A stretch of DNA of 46,406 bases from Fibrobacterota bacterium (GTDB lineage: Bacteria; Fibrobacterota; Fibrobacteria; UBA11236). The notes beneath the pieces were generated by a model. The model ran no database searches, had not been told where the DNA came from, and saw nothing but the letters and a program-made list of their open reading frames with translations. Position 1 is the first letter of the stretch. Every line of letters starts with the position of its first letter. Made by a program: the position numbers and the translations under genes. The stretch is taken from NCBI GenBank assembly GCA_043753995.1, contig JAYUVP010000141.1, positions 1-46,406 on the forward strand, read 5' to 3'. This document shows, one piece after another, positions 37,515 to 46,381 of this stretch.

Positions 37515-38336
37515 ATGACCACCCAAGCCGCTCAAGAAACCATGCCGACCGTGTTCGACTACCAGGGTAGCCCCGTGGCCTTCTCGCTCGATGCGGGCCA
37601 GGTGTGGGTCAATGCCACGCAGATGGCCAAGCCTTTCGACAAGAGGCCGAACGATTACATACGCCTCGATCGCACCAAGGAGCTAATCGAAGCGATTTCG
37701 CACGGTGCGGGAATTCCCGCAGCGGTCGAATTTCGCGAAAACAGCCACTTGGTGCGAGTCGTCAACGGAGACAACGGCGCCACCTGGCTCCACCGAGACC
37801 TAGCCCTCGACTTCGCCCGCTGGCTCTCCCCGGTCTTCGCCATTTGGTGCGACAAGAAGATCCAGGAGCTTTTGGAAACCGGGAAAACCCAATTACAAGA
37901 AATCCCGGTAGTTGCGCAATGGGTGGCCATGACAGCCGAAGATCAGGCTATCGCTTTTTTCACGGAGCGAAAACAAAAGCTGGCTCTTGAGGCGAAGCAG
38001 AGGGAGGACGCTCACAGGGTGGCCCTTGCCTTGCGCATCGAGTCGTCGCCATCGACTTGCAGCGTGGATGAGTGCGCCAAGGAAATCAAGGCCCAGGTAG
38101 TTGCTTTCCGCGAATGGGTCCAAGAGAAATACCTGTTTCGCCGCCACGGTGAATGGTGGGCCCGCGAAGAGTATGGGCCGAATGGCCAGGGGCTTTTCAG
38201 CATGCGAACGGGATCCTGGACTGCCAGGAACGGCAAAGAAATCATCTCCCATACAGTCAAGGTCACTGGAAAAGGTCGTCTGGCATTAGCCAAGGCCTGG
38301 TTGCGAGTCGGAGAGAATTTGGTGGCCATCCTATGA
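37515..38336 (+). CDS. KilA-N domain antirepressor with KilAC-like C-terminus
   Basis: VNATQMAKPF, TWLHRDLALDFARWLSP.FAIWCD, TVKVTGKG. Confidence 0.93.
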   Translation: MTTQAAQETMPTVFDYQGSPVAFSLDAGQVWVNATQMAKPFDKRPNDYIRLDRTKELIEAISHGAGIPAAVEFRENSHLVRVVNGDNGATWLHRDLALDFARWLSPVFAIWCDKKIQELLETGKTQLQEIPVVAQWVAMTAEDQAIAFFTERKQKLALEAKQREDAHRVALALRIESSPSTCSVDECAKEIKAQVVAFREWVQEKYLFRRHGEWWAREEYGPNGQGLFSMRTGSWTARNGKEIISHTVKVTGKGRLALAKAWLRVGENLVAIL

Positions 38337-38494
38337 AGCCCACCCCCTGCGCCTACTGGGACTACCGCACCCTCGCCGCCTGTGGTAACACATCCGTTAC
38401 CCGCATCGACGGCATACCCTATTGCGAAACCCACGCGAAACCGTTTTTTATACCGGCGAACTCTCGCCAGGTGAATTTGAGAGGCAAGGCATGA
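38333..38494 (+). CDS. Small Cys/His protein
   Basis: ATGA-coupled at both ends; C...CG...YCETH. Confidence 0.55.
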   Translation: MKPTPCAYWDYRTLAACGNTSVTRIDGIPYCETHAKPFFIPANSRQVNLRGKA

Positions 38495-38691
38495 TCAATC
38501 CGCACCTGTACACCTTGCCGCGCGCCGAAGCCGTGGCTGCTCACCTGGAATATGCCGTCAAGTGCCTGGAGCAAATCCAGGAGATGGATACCGGCGTGAC
38601 CTATGGCCATGTTATCGAGATTCTTCGGGAGTGCGCGGCGGAAGTGAAGAATTCCGAAACCGTTTTAAGAGGTGCCAAATGCTTTTCGTGA
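38491..38691 (+). CDS. Hypothetical protein
   Basis: GAGG RBS; coupled. Confidence 0.55.
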   Translation: MINPHLYTLPRAEAVAAHLEYAVKCLEQIQEMDTGVTYGHVIEILRECAAEVKNSETVLRGAKCFS

Positions 38692-38882
38692 TTTTCTGCA
38701 TCCTGTTTGCGTTTGCATGGATTGGCGCGCTTCTGCTCGCTATGGGCAAAGCCATCGAAGATGGGCCGGGCTCGGAATACGCATCCCATGACGGAGACTA
38801 TGTCGCGGAAGTCATGCGCAAGGCGCGCGAAGAGGGCGATTTAGATGCAATCGCAGCCTCACGGAAAAGTGAAAATGCTTGA
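38679..38882 (+). CDS. Small membrane protein
   Basis: GAGGT RBS; N-terminal TM segment. Confidence 0.6.
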   Translation: MLFVIFCILFAFAWIGALLLAMGKAIEDGPGSEYASHDGDYVAEVMRKAREEGDLDAIAASRKSENA

Positions 38883-38995
38883 CTCGAAAAGTGGAGCCGG
38901 AACGGCGAGTGTGTCGTCGAAAACCTTTCCCACGCCTGCCGACTTCCGGTATCGGGCGGGCCGAGTCATCAACTACAGTACCACAGGAGTTACGC

Positions 38996-39586
38996 ATGCA
39001 TAGGATCAAATTTTCAGAAACCGAGATAGTCGAGACCCCGGACTACCGAGAATATTTTTCGCGCCCGTGTGAATTAGGGACGGGCGTTGCGGAGGTGCTT
39101 GGCTTGCCATGGCGGGTCATTGTGGCCTATCGGTCCGGTGCCGTGGCGGAGGCTTGGGTGTCCGGTGCCGTGGCGCAGGCTCGGGCGTCCGGTGCCGTGG
39201 CGGAGGCTCGGGTGTCCGGTGCCGTGGCCATCCGCCCCGACGGCACTTGGGATGGCGATGTCGCGGATTCGATTCCTGCAGTTCCGCGCCTTTACTCGCA
39301 AATCCTGGAGGCGGTGGGCCGCGAGGGATGCTGGCTCGGCATGGGCCAATGGCACACCTGCGAGACGGATCACTGCATTGCGGGATGGACGACGCACTTG
39401 GCAGGCCCGCGCGGTCTGGAGATGGAGACGGCCTACGGTTCGACGGCGGCGGCGGCTATCCTCATCCACATGCGGTCATGCCCTGGTGTGCCCATTCCCG
39501 ACTATTACTGCGGGTACGAAAAGGGCATGGAGCAGTTGAGGGTGTTGGCTGCGGCGGCAGCGGTGGGTAGCGTCAATGCTACGTAG
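38996..39586 (+). CDS. Repeat-containing phage protein with a WHxCxxxHCxAGW C-terminal domain
   Basis: AGGAG RBS; SGAVAxAxx repeats; MGQWHTCETDHCIAGWTTHLAG. Confidence 0.7.
   Translation: MHRIKFSETEIVETPDYREYFSRPCELGTGVAEVLGLPWRVIVAYRSGAVAEAWVSGAVAQARASGAVAEARVSGAVAIRPDGTWDGDVADSIPAVPRLYSQILEAVGREGCWLGMGQWHTCETDHCIAGWTTHLAGPRGLEMETAYGSTAAAAILIHMRSCPGVPIPDYYCGYEKGMEQLRVLAAAAAVGSVNAT
39134..39228 (+). repeat. 27-bp in-frame tandem repeat x3.5
   Basis: TCCGGTGCCGTGGC at 39134, 39161, 39188 and 39215. Confidence 0.92.
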
Positions 39587-39908
39587 CGGACGGCGGGAAG
39601 CTCACGGTACCGCCCGCTTGTCGAATTCGGGTGATAGCGGATTCGAGGTCGGTGGATGGCGTGGCCGATTGAGGCGCGTCGCCATTAAAAATATGCGGCC
39701 AGTCCTGGCTAGGGCAAGTGCAAAGGATTTGCCTATAAGGGACGTTGTCTGTTTTTCGGTACCGACTCACATCCTGGTTGTGAATCCCCAGCTTATCCGC
39801 CATTTGCCGATCGCTTTTAAGGCCGTAAAGTGCCTTAATTCTGTCAAAAACAGCATTGGAAGAAATCTTTGCGTCTTCCTTAAAACTGCTTGCATTATGC
39901 AAGGACAT
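39579..39908 (-). CDS. Second repressor, phage CI HTH (186/P2-type N-terminal domain)
   Basis: VFDRIKALYGLKSDRQMADKLGI...VSRYRK...VPY...W.HIFNG. Confidence 0.85.
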   Translation of the reverse strand: MSLHNASSFKEDAKISSNAVFDRIKALYGLKSDRQMADKLGIHNQDVSRYRKTDNVPYRQILCTCPSQDWPHIFNGDAPQSATPSTDLESAITRIRQAGGTVSFPPSAT

Positions 39909-39928
39909 TCATTACCATTATGCAAGGA
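39889..39928. promoter_or_regulatory. Operator pair of divergent switch 2
   Basis: Perfect palindrome CTTGCAT-T-ATGCAAG at 39889-39903; CATTATGCAAGGA repeated at 39893 and 39916. Confidence 0.7.
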
Positions 39929-39936
39929 AAACGCCA

Positions 39937-40155
39937 ATGTCTGAATCGACCAACATCCGAATCGACGAAAACCGCCTCCCTCGCTATCGCAAGCTGAGGA
40001 AGTCGGCCAAAGGCGCGACGGTGGCGGGAATAAGGATTCGTCGTTTGACTCATGATTTGGTGTATGAAATCGGCCTTGAGGCAATTGCTGAGGCCATAAA
40101 AAACCCCGGTTCGGCGGCAACCGTTCCGGGGCTAAACGTCAACCACCCTCGCTAA
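39937..40155 (+). CDS. Small basic DNA-binding protein in the Cro position
   Basis: AAGGA RBS; divergent from repressor 2. Confidence 0.6.
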   Translation: MSESTNIRIDENRLPRYRKLRKSAKGATVAGIRIRRLTHDLVYEIGLEAIAEAIKNPGSAATVPGLNVNHPR

Positions 40156-40168
40156 AAGGAAGCATGAC

Positions 40169-40672
40169 ATGACCGAATATACCCCGCACTACGCCCCCGC
40201 GTCAAGCGGACCGGCAGTGCCCACAGCCCAAGAGGCCCCAAAATCGCCAGCTTCGGACATCAACGCGATGGCGATGGCTAATGAAATCATCGGCGATGCC
40301 GAAATCGAACACGATGGCCATACCGCCACCGAGGTTCGGATCACCATGGGCCTGGTCTATGGCCCGCTTCGCCGCGGCATGCCCGACCACTTGAGGGCCA
40401 TCGAGGCCACGGTGACTTTCGACGACGTCGGCTTCACCCCCGAAGAGCTGGGCACGAATTCCGCGCATCAATACCTCCCCGAAGGTGGTCGTGTCACCGG
40501 ATTCATGGTCATGTCCGGCATGACCCCGAGCTATCCGATCCCCGGAATGCTGAAGGACGCAGGCCTGTGCGAGGCCTTGGTTCTGGTCGCCGAAATGCGC
40601 ATCACGCAGCAGGACCCGCCCAGCGCCAGCGAATTGCGAGAGGCCGAGCGCCAGGATTGGGAGGGTGTCTAA
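40169..40672 (+). CDS. Hypothetical protein
   Basis: AAGGA RBS; in the operon. Confidence 0.65.
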   Translation: MTEYTPHYAPASSGPAVPTAQEAPKSPASDINAMAMANEIIGDAEIEHDGHTATEVRITMGLVYGPLRRGMPDHLRAIEATVTFDDVGFTPEELGTNSAHQYLPEGGRVTGFMVMSGMTPSYPIPGMLKDAGLCEALVLVAEMRITQQDPPSASELREAERQDWEGV

Positions 40673-40993
40673 ATGTTTCGCAACCCCACCCCAGCCGAAA
40701 AGGCGACCCAGGCGATGGCCAAAGCCGCCGAAGTTTCTGGCATCATCTTGGCCGGCGCAATCCAGGACGCGGCCGACCTGCGAGAGAAAATCACCCGGGC
40801 GGCGGACAAGGCCCGTGCCGTGCTGGCTTCCATGCCCCAGGACGTGGGCCTGAGCCCTACCGACGGGGATGCGCTTTTCTCAGCCCTCGAAGATCTGATC
40901 GGCGCGTGCTCGTCGGCAGTTTCTGGAAGCACCGAAGACGAGGGCGAGACTGTTCGCCTGTTGCAAAAAATGGCCCTAAAGGAAATCGCATGA
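40673..40993 (+). CDS. Hypothetical protein
   Basis: GGAGG RBS; abuts the upstream stop. Confidence 0.65.
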   Translation: MFRNPTPAEKATQAMAKAAEVSGIILAGAIQDAADLREKITRAADKARAVLASMPQDVGLSPTDGDALFSALEDLIGACSSAVSGSTEDEGETVRLLQKMALKEIA

Positions 40994-41187
40994 AGCGCAT
41001 GACCCCAGTGGCCCGCCTAACGCTCATGGCGGCCCAGTATTACGAGCGAGAGGAAATGTACCGCGCGATGGCCCAGCATGGGCGGGCCGATGACATGGCG
41101 ACTGCCAGGGCGGTCCTGGTGGGGCGGATTATCGACGCGGCCGAGTTTGTGCCGCTGCATTTGGTGAATCGAAAGGCTGGTGTGTGA
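40990..41187 (+). CDS. Hypothetical protein
   Basis: ATGA/GTGA-coupled; 3' part of track ORF 40567. Confidence 0.6.
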   Translation: MKRMTPVARLTLMAAQYYEREEMYRAMAQHGRADDMATARAVLVGRIIDAAEFVPLHLVNRKAGV

Positions 41188-42092
41188 TGAATATGGAAGT
41201 GACAAAGCCCGCCAATGCGGTTGCACTAATTTCTTTCAACGACATGCAAAGCATGGCGAAGGTGATTGTTAATAGCCGACTTTTCGGCATGCAGAACATC
41301 GACCAAGCGCTTGGGCTCATGCTCATCGCTCAAGCCCATGGCCGTCACCCGGCGCTCATCGCCGAGGAGTACGACATCATTCAGGGTCGCCCAGCCTTGA
41401 AATCACATTCGATGCTATCTCGCTTTCAGAACGCGGGCGGAAGGATCGAATGGATCGAGCGCACCGATACCGCGTGCGAGGCGGTCTTTTTCCACGACCA
41501 GAGTGGCACGCTAAAAGTCCGATGGACTTTTGAACAGGCACAAAAAGCAAACCTCACCGGAAAGGACAATTGGAAGAGACATCCTCGACAAATGCTTTCC
41601 GCGCGCGTTATTTCCGAGGGTGTCAAAGCCTGCTATCCGGCCTGCATCGGTTCGGCTTACACTCCAGAAGAAGTAATGGATTTTGACAATGTGCGGGAAG
41701 AAAAGCCAGAAATCACTGCGGCGACGGTCGTCGAAAGTACCCCCACAACCCAAGCGACCGAAGACCTCCAGCCCATGCCGCCCACGGTGGACATCCGCGC
41801 TTACCTAGGCGAGCATGCGGGATTAGTCGAAAGGTTTTTGCGTGTGAAGGGTGTCATTACTGACGGGAAAAACCTTTACAACCTTGGTGTCAAGGCCATG
41901 GCCAAGCTCTACCACGGATCGGAGGGCTACATCGCACAGGCCAAGGAGTGGGAAAAGAGTCTCACGAATATCACGCATGCGCCTACCCCTACCCCTGCTC
42001 CCGAGCCAAAGGAAGAGGCCGAGTCGGTCGCCCCAGAACTGAAACCCGAATTCGCGCCGGCAGAAGCCGTCGCCCAAGAGACCATAGCATGA
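41184..42092 (+). CDS. RecT/Bet-like single-strand annealing protein
   Basis: 'IIQGRPAL' and 'KDNWKRHPRQMLSARVISEG...YP...YTPEE'. Confidence 0.82.
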   Translation: MMNMEVTKPANAVALISFNDMQSMAKVIVNSRLFGMQNIDQALGLMLIAQAHGRHPALIAEEYDIIQGRPALKSHSMLSRFQNAGGRIEWIERTDTACEAVFFHDQSGTLKVRWTFEQAQKANLTGKDNWKRHPRQMLSARVISEGVKACYPACIGSAYTPEEVMDFDNVREEKPEITAATVVESTPTTQATEDLQPMPPTVDIRAYLGEHAGLVERFLRVKGVITDGKNLYNLGVKAMAKLYHGSEGYIAQAKEWEKSLTNITHAPTPTPAPEPKEEAESVAPELKPEFAPAEAVAQETIA

Positions 42093-42808
42093 GCACCACC
42101 AAACACCTGACGCTCTACGACCTCACCGAGGAGATGGATCTCGCCCTAGCCGAAATGGAGGCATGGGCGGCCGAGCATGAGGGAGACGTCTCCGATTTCC
42201 CGATGAATGATGTGACGGCCCAAGTCCGGCTTGCCCGCGATAAAAAAATCATCGCAGTAGCCCTTTGGGTGAAGGCTTTGGAAGCCGAGGGCGATGCCAT
42301 CGAGGCCGAGGAAAAGAAGCTCGCCAAGCGCAAAAAGTCCACTTATGCGCGCGCCGAAAGATTGCGCACCTACCTGGAAAACAATATGAGCCCAGCGGAG
42401 AAAATCAAGGATCCGCGCGTCGAAGTGTTTTTCAAAAAAAATCCACCATCCGTGAAACCTCTCATCAAGGTCGAGGAGATGCCCGGCGAATACCTCACCC
42501 GGCCCAAGCCGGAAATTAGCCTGTCGAAGCTCGAGGAAGACATGGTGGAAATCATGGAGCCGGTTTTCGACGAGCTTGGGGAACCGGTCTTTGAAACTGT
42601 TCCGATTGAAGAGCAAGACGGGCCAGCCGCTAACAATCGAAAACAAAAATTGCAGGCAGTAAAGATGGTGATTGCAGAAATCGCCGAGCCTGTCTTTGGT
42701 GAGGATGGCCAGCCCAAGACCGACCCGGAAACCGGCGAAGCGATCGTTAATCACGTCACGAAACCCATAGCCCGCCTGGTTCAGGTAATCAAGCTAAGCA
42801 TCAAGTAG
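42089..42808 (+). CDS. Siphovirus Gp157-like protein with C-terminal extension
   Basis: TLYDLT, 'KALEAEGDAIEAEEKKLAKRKK...ERLRTYL', KKNPPSV. Confidence 0.85.
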   Translation: MSTTKHLTLYDLTEEMDLALAEMEAWAAEHEGDVSDFPMNDVTAQVRLARDKKIIAVALWVKALEAEGDAIEAEEKKLAKRKKSTYARAERLRTYLENNMSPAEKIKDPRVEVFFKKNPPSVKPLIKVEEMPGEYLTRPKPEISLSKLEEDMVEIMEPVFDELGEPVFETVPIEEQDGPAANNRKQKLQAVKMVIAEIAEPVFGEDGQPKTDPETGEAIVNHVTKPIARLVQVIKLSIK

Positions 42809-42818
42809 GCGGCGCACT

Positions 42819-44170
42819 ATGACAACGGAAACCCAGGTGATGGAAGTCACAACGCAAAACATTCTCGATCCCAAATCAGCCTTGGGTCGCATGCTCGAAA
42901 AATTGGGCCGCATTGATTACAAGGTCAAACCGGAACACGTCGCCGACTTGAAGACGCGCGCCGAATCCGTTATCCAATCTGGAAAAACGGATAAGGACGC
43001 CTCCAAGCTGGCAAACACCATTCGGCTTGAGGCGCGGCGGCATCGGCTGGACGTTCAGAAGGATTTCAAGCTCGCCAAAGAAACGGTGAAGGAAATCGTA
43101 CAGGAGATTTCAGCAAAAACCAATGAGCGGGGCGAAAGGCTGATTGCGGATCTGGATGACATCGAGACGCCATTGCAGGCCATTGAGGACACCTTCGAGG
43201 CCAACAAAAAAGCCGAGGCGGAAAAGGCCGAAGCTGAGCGCCAAAAGAAGATCCGCGACCGCTTCGATGCTCTAGGAAAGGTCAACGCGAAGTTTGACTA
43301 TGTGGCTATCCAGATCATGAGCGACGAGTCCTACGGCGAGCTTTTGGCCAAAGCCGCGGCGGAATTCGAAAAGGTTGAGGCGGACAGGTTAGAGCGCCAG
43401 CAGGCCGAGCAGCAGGCGGAACGAGCGCGACAAGCGAAGGCGACTATTGGCCGTAGCCGTGCGAGTGAATTGGCGCAACTCGGAGACATCGTAGCTCCTG
43501 AGGTAGCGGCGGAATGGGATGAGTCGGTTTACTCGCTTCGACACGACGATGCCTCAGGCGAGAGGAGACGGCCAAGGAAACGCGAGATCGCGAAGCCAGG
43601 CTCAAGGACCGAGCCAAGCAGCTCACGCCCTATTGCATGCGCCCCGACCTTGATTTCCTGGCGACGTGCAGCGAGGATGAATTCGCCGCAACCCTGGAAA
43701 GCGCAAAAGCCGACTTCGAAGCGGATCGGATTCGCAAAGAACAGGAAGACCGGGAGGCTTTGGCCCGCCGAGACATGGCCAAGATTCGAAGCAATCGCCT
43801 TGCCCCAGTGGGCGGAGGGTTCAGCCTGGATACACTCGGTAGCATGAGTGAAGAGGAGTTCGATTCCATCTTCGAGGCCAAGACATCCAAGCACAACAAG
43901 GCGATAGCGGACAAGGCACAGGCCGACGCTGACGCCGTAGCCAAAGCGGAAACCGAGCGCCTTGCCGCCGAGAAAAAGCGGCAAGAGGAAATTGACCTTG
44001 CGCGGCCTGACGTCGAAAAGCTGGCCAACTACCTCGACTCGATCAGGCATGTGCCAAACATCATTTTGCAGTCGGAAGAGGCCATGGAGGTGTTCTCCGA
44101 TTTCGAAACGAAACTCTTCGACTTGATCTCTGAAACAAAAACCAAAGCCGCGAACTTAATCGCGAAATAA
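42819..44170 (+). pseudogene. Coiled-coil repeat protein interrupted by a 1-nt frameshift near 43552
   Basis: Protein-like composition switches from ORF 42819 to the frame of ORF 43637 at GATGCCTCAGG. Confidence 0.75.
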
Positions 44171-44179
44171 GGAACGATC

Positions 44180-44785
44180 ATGAAAGTGCTGGTATTCGAT
44201 CTCGAAGTCCGCGAACAGCCCGACATTGTCGGCTGGAAAAACTACGCCGCCCAAGGCATTTCATTCGGCTGTGCCTACCTCTATGGCTGCGAAGAATTCC
44301 GGTTGTACGGTGAGGAAAATATCACGAAGCTGATGGAAGACATGGAGGCCGCGGATCTCATTGTGGGCTTCAATATTCTCGATTTCGACATGCCCTTGCT
44401 GCGTGCCACCATTGAGCGCGTGACCGGGCATGGCGTCGACCATGAGAAATGGATGGGCCTACTCGCCAAGTGCTACGACATCCTGGCCGACATACGGGAT
44501 GCCCTGGGCACCAAGTTCGCCAAGGGCTGGAAGCTCGACCAGGTCGCGCAATCGAACCTTCAATTCACGAAAAACGGTGACGGAGCCTTGGCGCCTCAAC
44601 TCTGGAAGGATGGAAAGTTTGCCGAGCTTGCCACCTACGTGATTCAAGATGTGAAGGTGGAGAAGGCAATGTGGGAGCATGTGCTGACCTATGGCGAGGT
44701 GAAAAACAAATTCACTTTGCCAAGCCCGTTGAAGCTCAAGCAGATCGAGGCCGTGAAGGGTCGTTATTTGGTGGAGCAAGCCTAA
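44180..44785 (+). CDS. RNase H-like / DEDD 3'-5' exonuclease
   Basis: VFDLE, IVGFNILDFD, KLDQVA, Y.IQDV. Confidence 0.88.
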   Translation: MKVLVFDLEVREQPDIVGWKNYAAQGISFGCAYLYGCEEFRLYGEENITKLMEDMEAADLIVGFNILDFDMPLLRATIERVTGHGVDHEKWMGLLAKCYDILADIRDALGTKFAKGWKLDQVAQSNLQFTKNGDGALAPQLWKDGKFAELATYVIQDVKVEKAMWEHVLTYGEVKNKFTLPSPLKLKQIEAVKGRYLVEQA

Positions 44786-44792
44786 GATCACC

Positions 44793-44990
44793 ATGGCCAA
44801 CACCCGCGCAGCCTATTACACCCCTCACGACATCGCCGAGCGCATGGTGATTTCCGAGCGCACCGTCATCCGCATGTGTGAGGCGGGTGAAATGCCGGGA
44901 GCCATCAAGGTGCGCGGTCAATGGCGCATTTCGCGGTCTATCTTCGACGCGGCCGAGGGAAGAGCTTTGACCAATGGGGTGCTTGCATGA
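44793..44990 (+). CDS. xis: Excisionase (HTH_17/MerR-like)
   Basis: YYTPHDIAE...SERTV.RMC..GEMPGAIKV.GQWRI; coupled to int. Confidence 0.8.
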   Translation: MANTRAAYYTPHDIAERMVISERTVIRMCEAGEMPGAIKVRGQWRISRSIFDAAEGRALTNGVLA

Positions 44991-46135
44991 GCCCATACGA
45001 TAGAGCCCTCAAGCGCTTGCAGGCGGTGGAGCGGGATTTGACCGCGGGAAAAATCACGGCCGAGCAGGCCGAGGCGAAGCGCGCCGCTATCCGGAGCGCC
45101 GATCCGGCCTTTGTGGCCCGCTGGGAATTGGCGGATGGCACCGAAGCCACGGCGACCTTTCGCACGATGCGCGAGGCCGAGAAGCACGAAGCGAAGATGC
45201 GGGACAAGGTGGAGCGCGGAGAGTCCGCCGACCCAAAGCCGCTTCGCGCAAGCATTGTCGAGATCATGCAATACCATTTCGACAAGCGGTGTGGCAAAGG
45301 TGCGGGAGTTCGGAGCGCGCGAGCTCACGTCAACCATTGCCGGGAGATAATGGGCGAAGGCGTGACCTTTGAGCGGCTAAATAAATCACCGCTGAAAATT
45401 CTGGAGCCGTATTTCGATAAACTTCCCGAGGCGAAGCCGAAATCATTTGCCAGTGAGGCCAACATTTGGAATCACTATGTGCAAATGAAAGCCGCGATGG
45501 CCTTTTGGATAAAAATGCACAGGCTGGTTATCGCAAACCCATTGCAAGTCATGGAAATCGAGAAGCCGGATAATCGGCGAACGCAGGCCCCAACCAGCGA
45601 GCAGTTTTCGCGCTTGCTCGATGTTTCGACGCGGAATCAGTTTCCGTCGTGGCTCCCTAGCCTATTGATTTGCGGGTGGGAGGTAGCGCCGCGTATCTCC
45701 GAGATACTTTCCTGGCGCTGGGAGAACTTCCACGAAGCGGAAGGCCTCGACCTGCCTTGGGTGAAATCCTTCCTGGCCAAAAAGGGAAAGCCGGTATGGA
45801 GAGAGCTTCCCATTACCCATTCGGCCGCACAGGCTTTACGCGACATGCCCGCCCAGCAAAAAGAGCGCGGGGTGATTTTCCCATTGCAGGTAACCGCCAC
45901 TCTTCGATGGGTTCGCCAGGCCTTCGATTTGGCAGGCATGCAGGATTTCCGGTTTCACGATTTTCGCCGAAGCTGGAAGCGCCGATATTTGCACATCGGG
46001 TCCAAGCTTACCGCCGAGCTGACAGGCCATACCGAGGAGATGGATGATCGCTATACCGTCCTGGGGCGTCGGGAAATGCAGGAGGTTTACCGGGTGGGCA
46101 AAAGTGGCGAAAATCTTTCCTCAAAAACCGCTTGA
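44987..46135 (+). CDS. int: Tyrosine integrase
   Basis: R(ISEI), K, H-D-F-R, (LTG)H and (R)Y catalytic residues; next to attR. Confidence 0.93.
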   Translation: MSPYDRALKRLQAVERDLTAGKITAEQAEAKRAAIRSADPAFVARWELADGTEATATFRTMREAEKHEAKMRDKVERGESADPKPLRASIVEIMQYHFDKRCGKGAGVRSARAHVNHCREIMGEGVTFERLNKSPLKILEPYFDKLPEAKPKSFASEANIWNHYVQMKAAMAFWIKMHRLVIANPLQVMEIEKPDNRRTQAPTSEQFSRLLDVSTRNQFPSWLPSLLICGWEVAPRISEILSWRWENFHEAEGLDLPWVKSFLAKKGKPVWRELPITHSAAQALRDMPAQQKERGVIFPLQVTATLRWVRQAFDLAGMQDFRFHDFRRSWKRRYLHIGSKLTAELTGHTEEMDDRYTVLGRREMQEVYRVGKSGENLSSKTA

Positions 46136-46160
46136 CGATAAGCATTTAATTCCTTACTGT
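46132..46160 (+). promoter_or_regulatory. Sigma70-like promoter TTGACG-N17-TACTGT pointing toward attR
   Basis: Near-consensus hexamers with 17-bp spacing; AGGA RBS and RHH gene follow. Confidence 0.65.
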
Positions 46161-46177
46161 TCAGACAGGAAAAAGTG

Positions 46178-46363
46178 ATGGCAGGCAGAAAAAAATCTGA
46201 CGTACCGACCAAGGTCAAGGTGAACTACACCATTGATCCGGCACTCTTGGCTGAAATCGACAAGAGAACCAGTAATCGGTCTGGGTTTCTGAACACTGCT
46301 GGGTGGGAAAAAGTGAAGCGGGACTCGCGCCGGGACTCGAAGTCCGCGAAAGGTGAAAAATGA
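46178..46363 (+). CDS. Ribbon-helix-helix (CopG-like) protein
   Basis: KVKVNYTIDPALLAEID...NRSGFLN.A. Confidence 0.8.
   Translation: MAGRKKSDVPTKVKVNYTIDPALLAEIDKRTSNRSGFLNTAGWEKVKRDSRRDSKSAKGEK
46319..46338. promoter_or_regulatory. Putative integrase arm-type site pair (attR side)
   Basis: Exact 20-bp match to 1371-1390, 43 bp from the core. Confidence 0.75.
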
Positions 46364-46381
46364 CTAAAAACGCTACTTATA

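Noticed and set aside
39134..39228. CRISPR-like mini-array
   Set aside because: The units are contiguous, in-frame 27-mers with near-identical intervening sequence; there are no unique spacers and no cas genes.
43560..43847. C-terminus of track ORF 42819-43847
   Set aside because: It is an out-of-frame tail after the frameshift; the coding signal continues in the 43637 frame.
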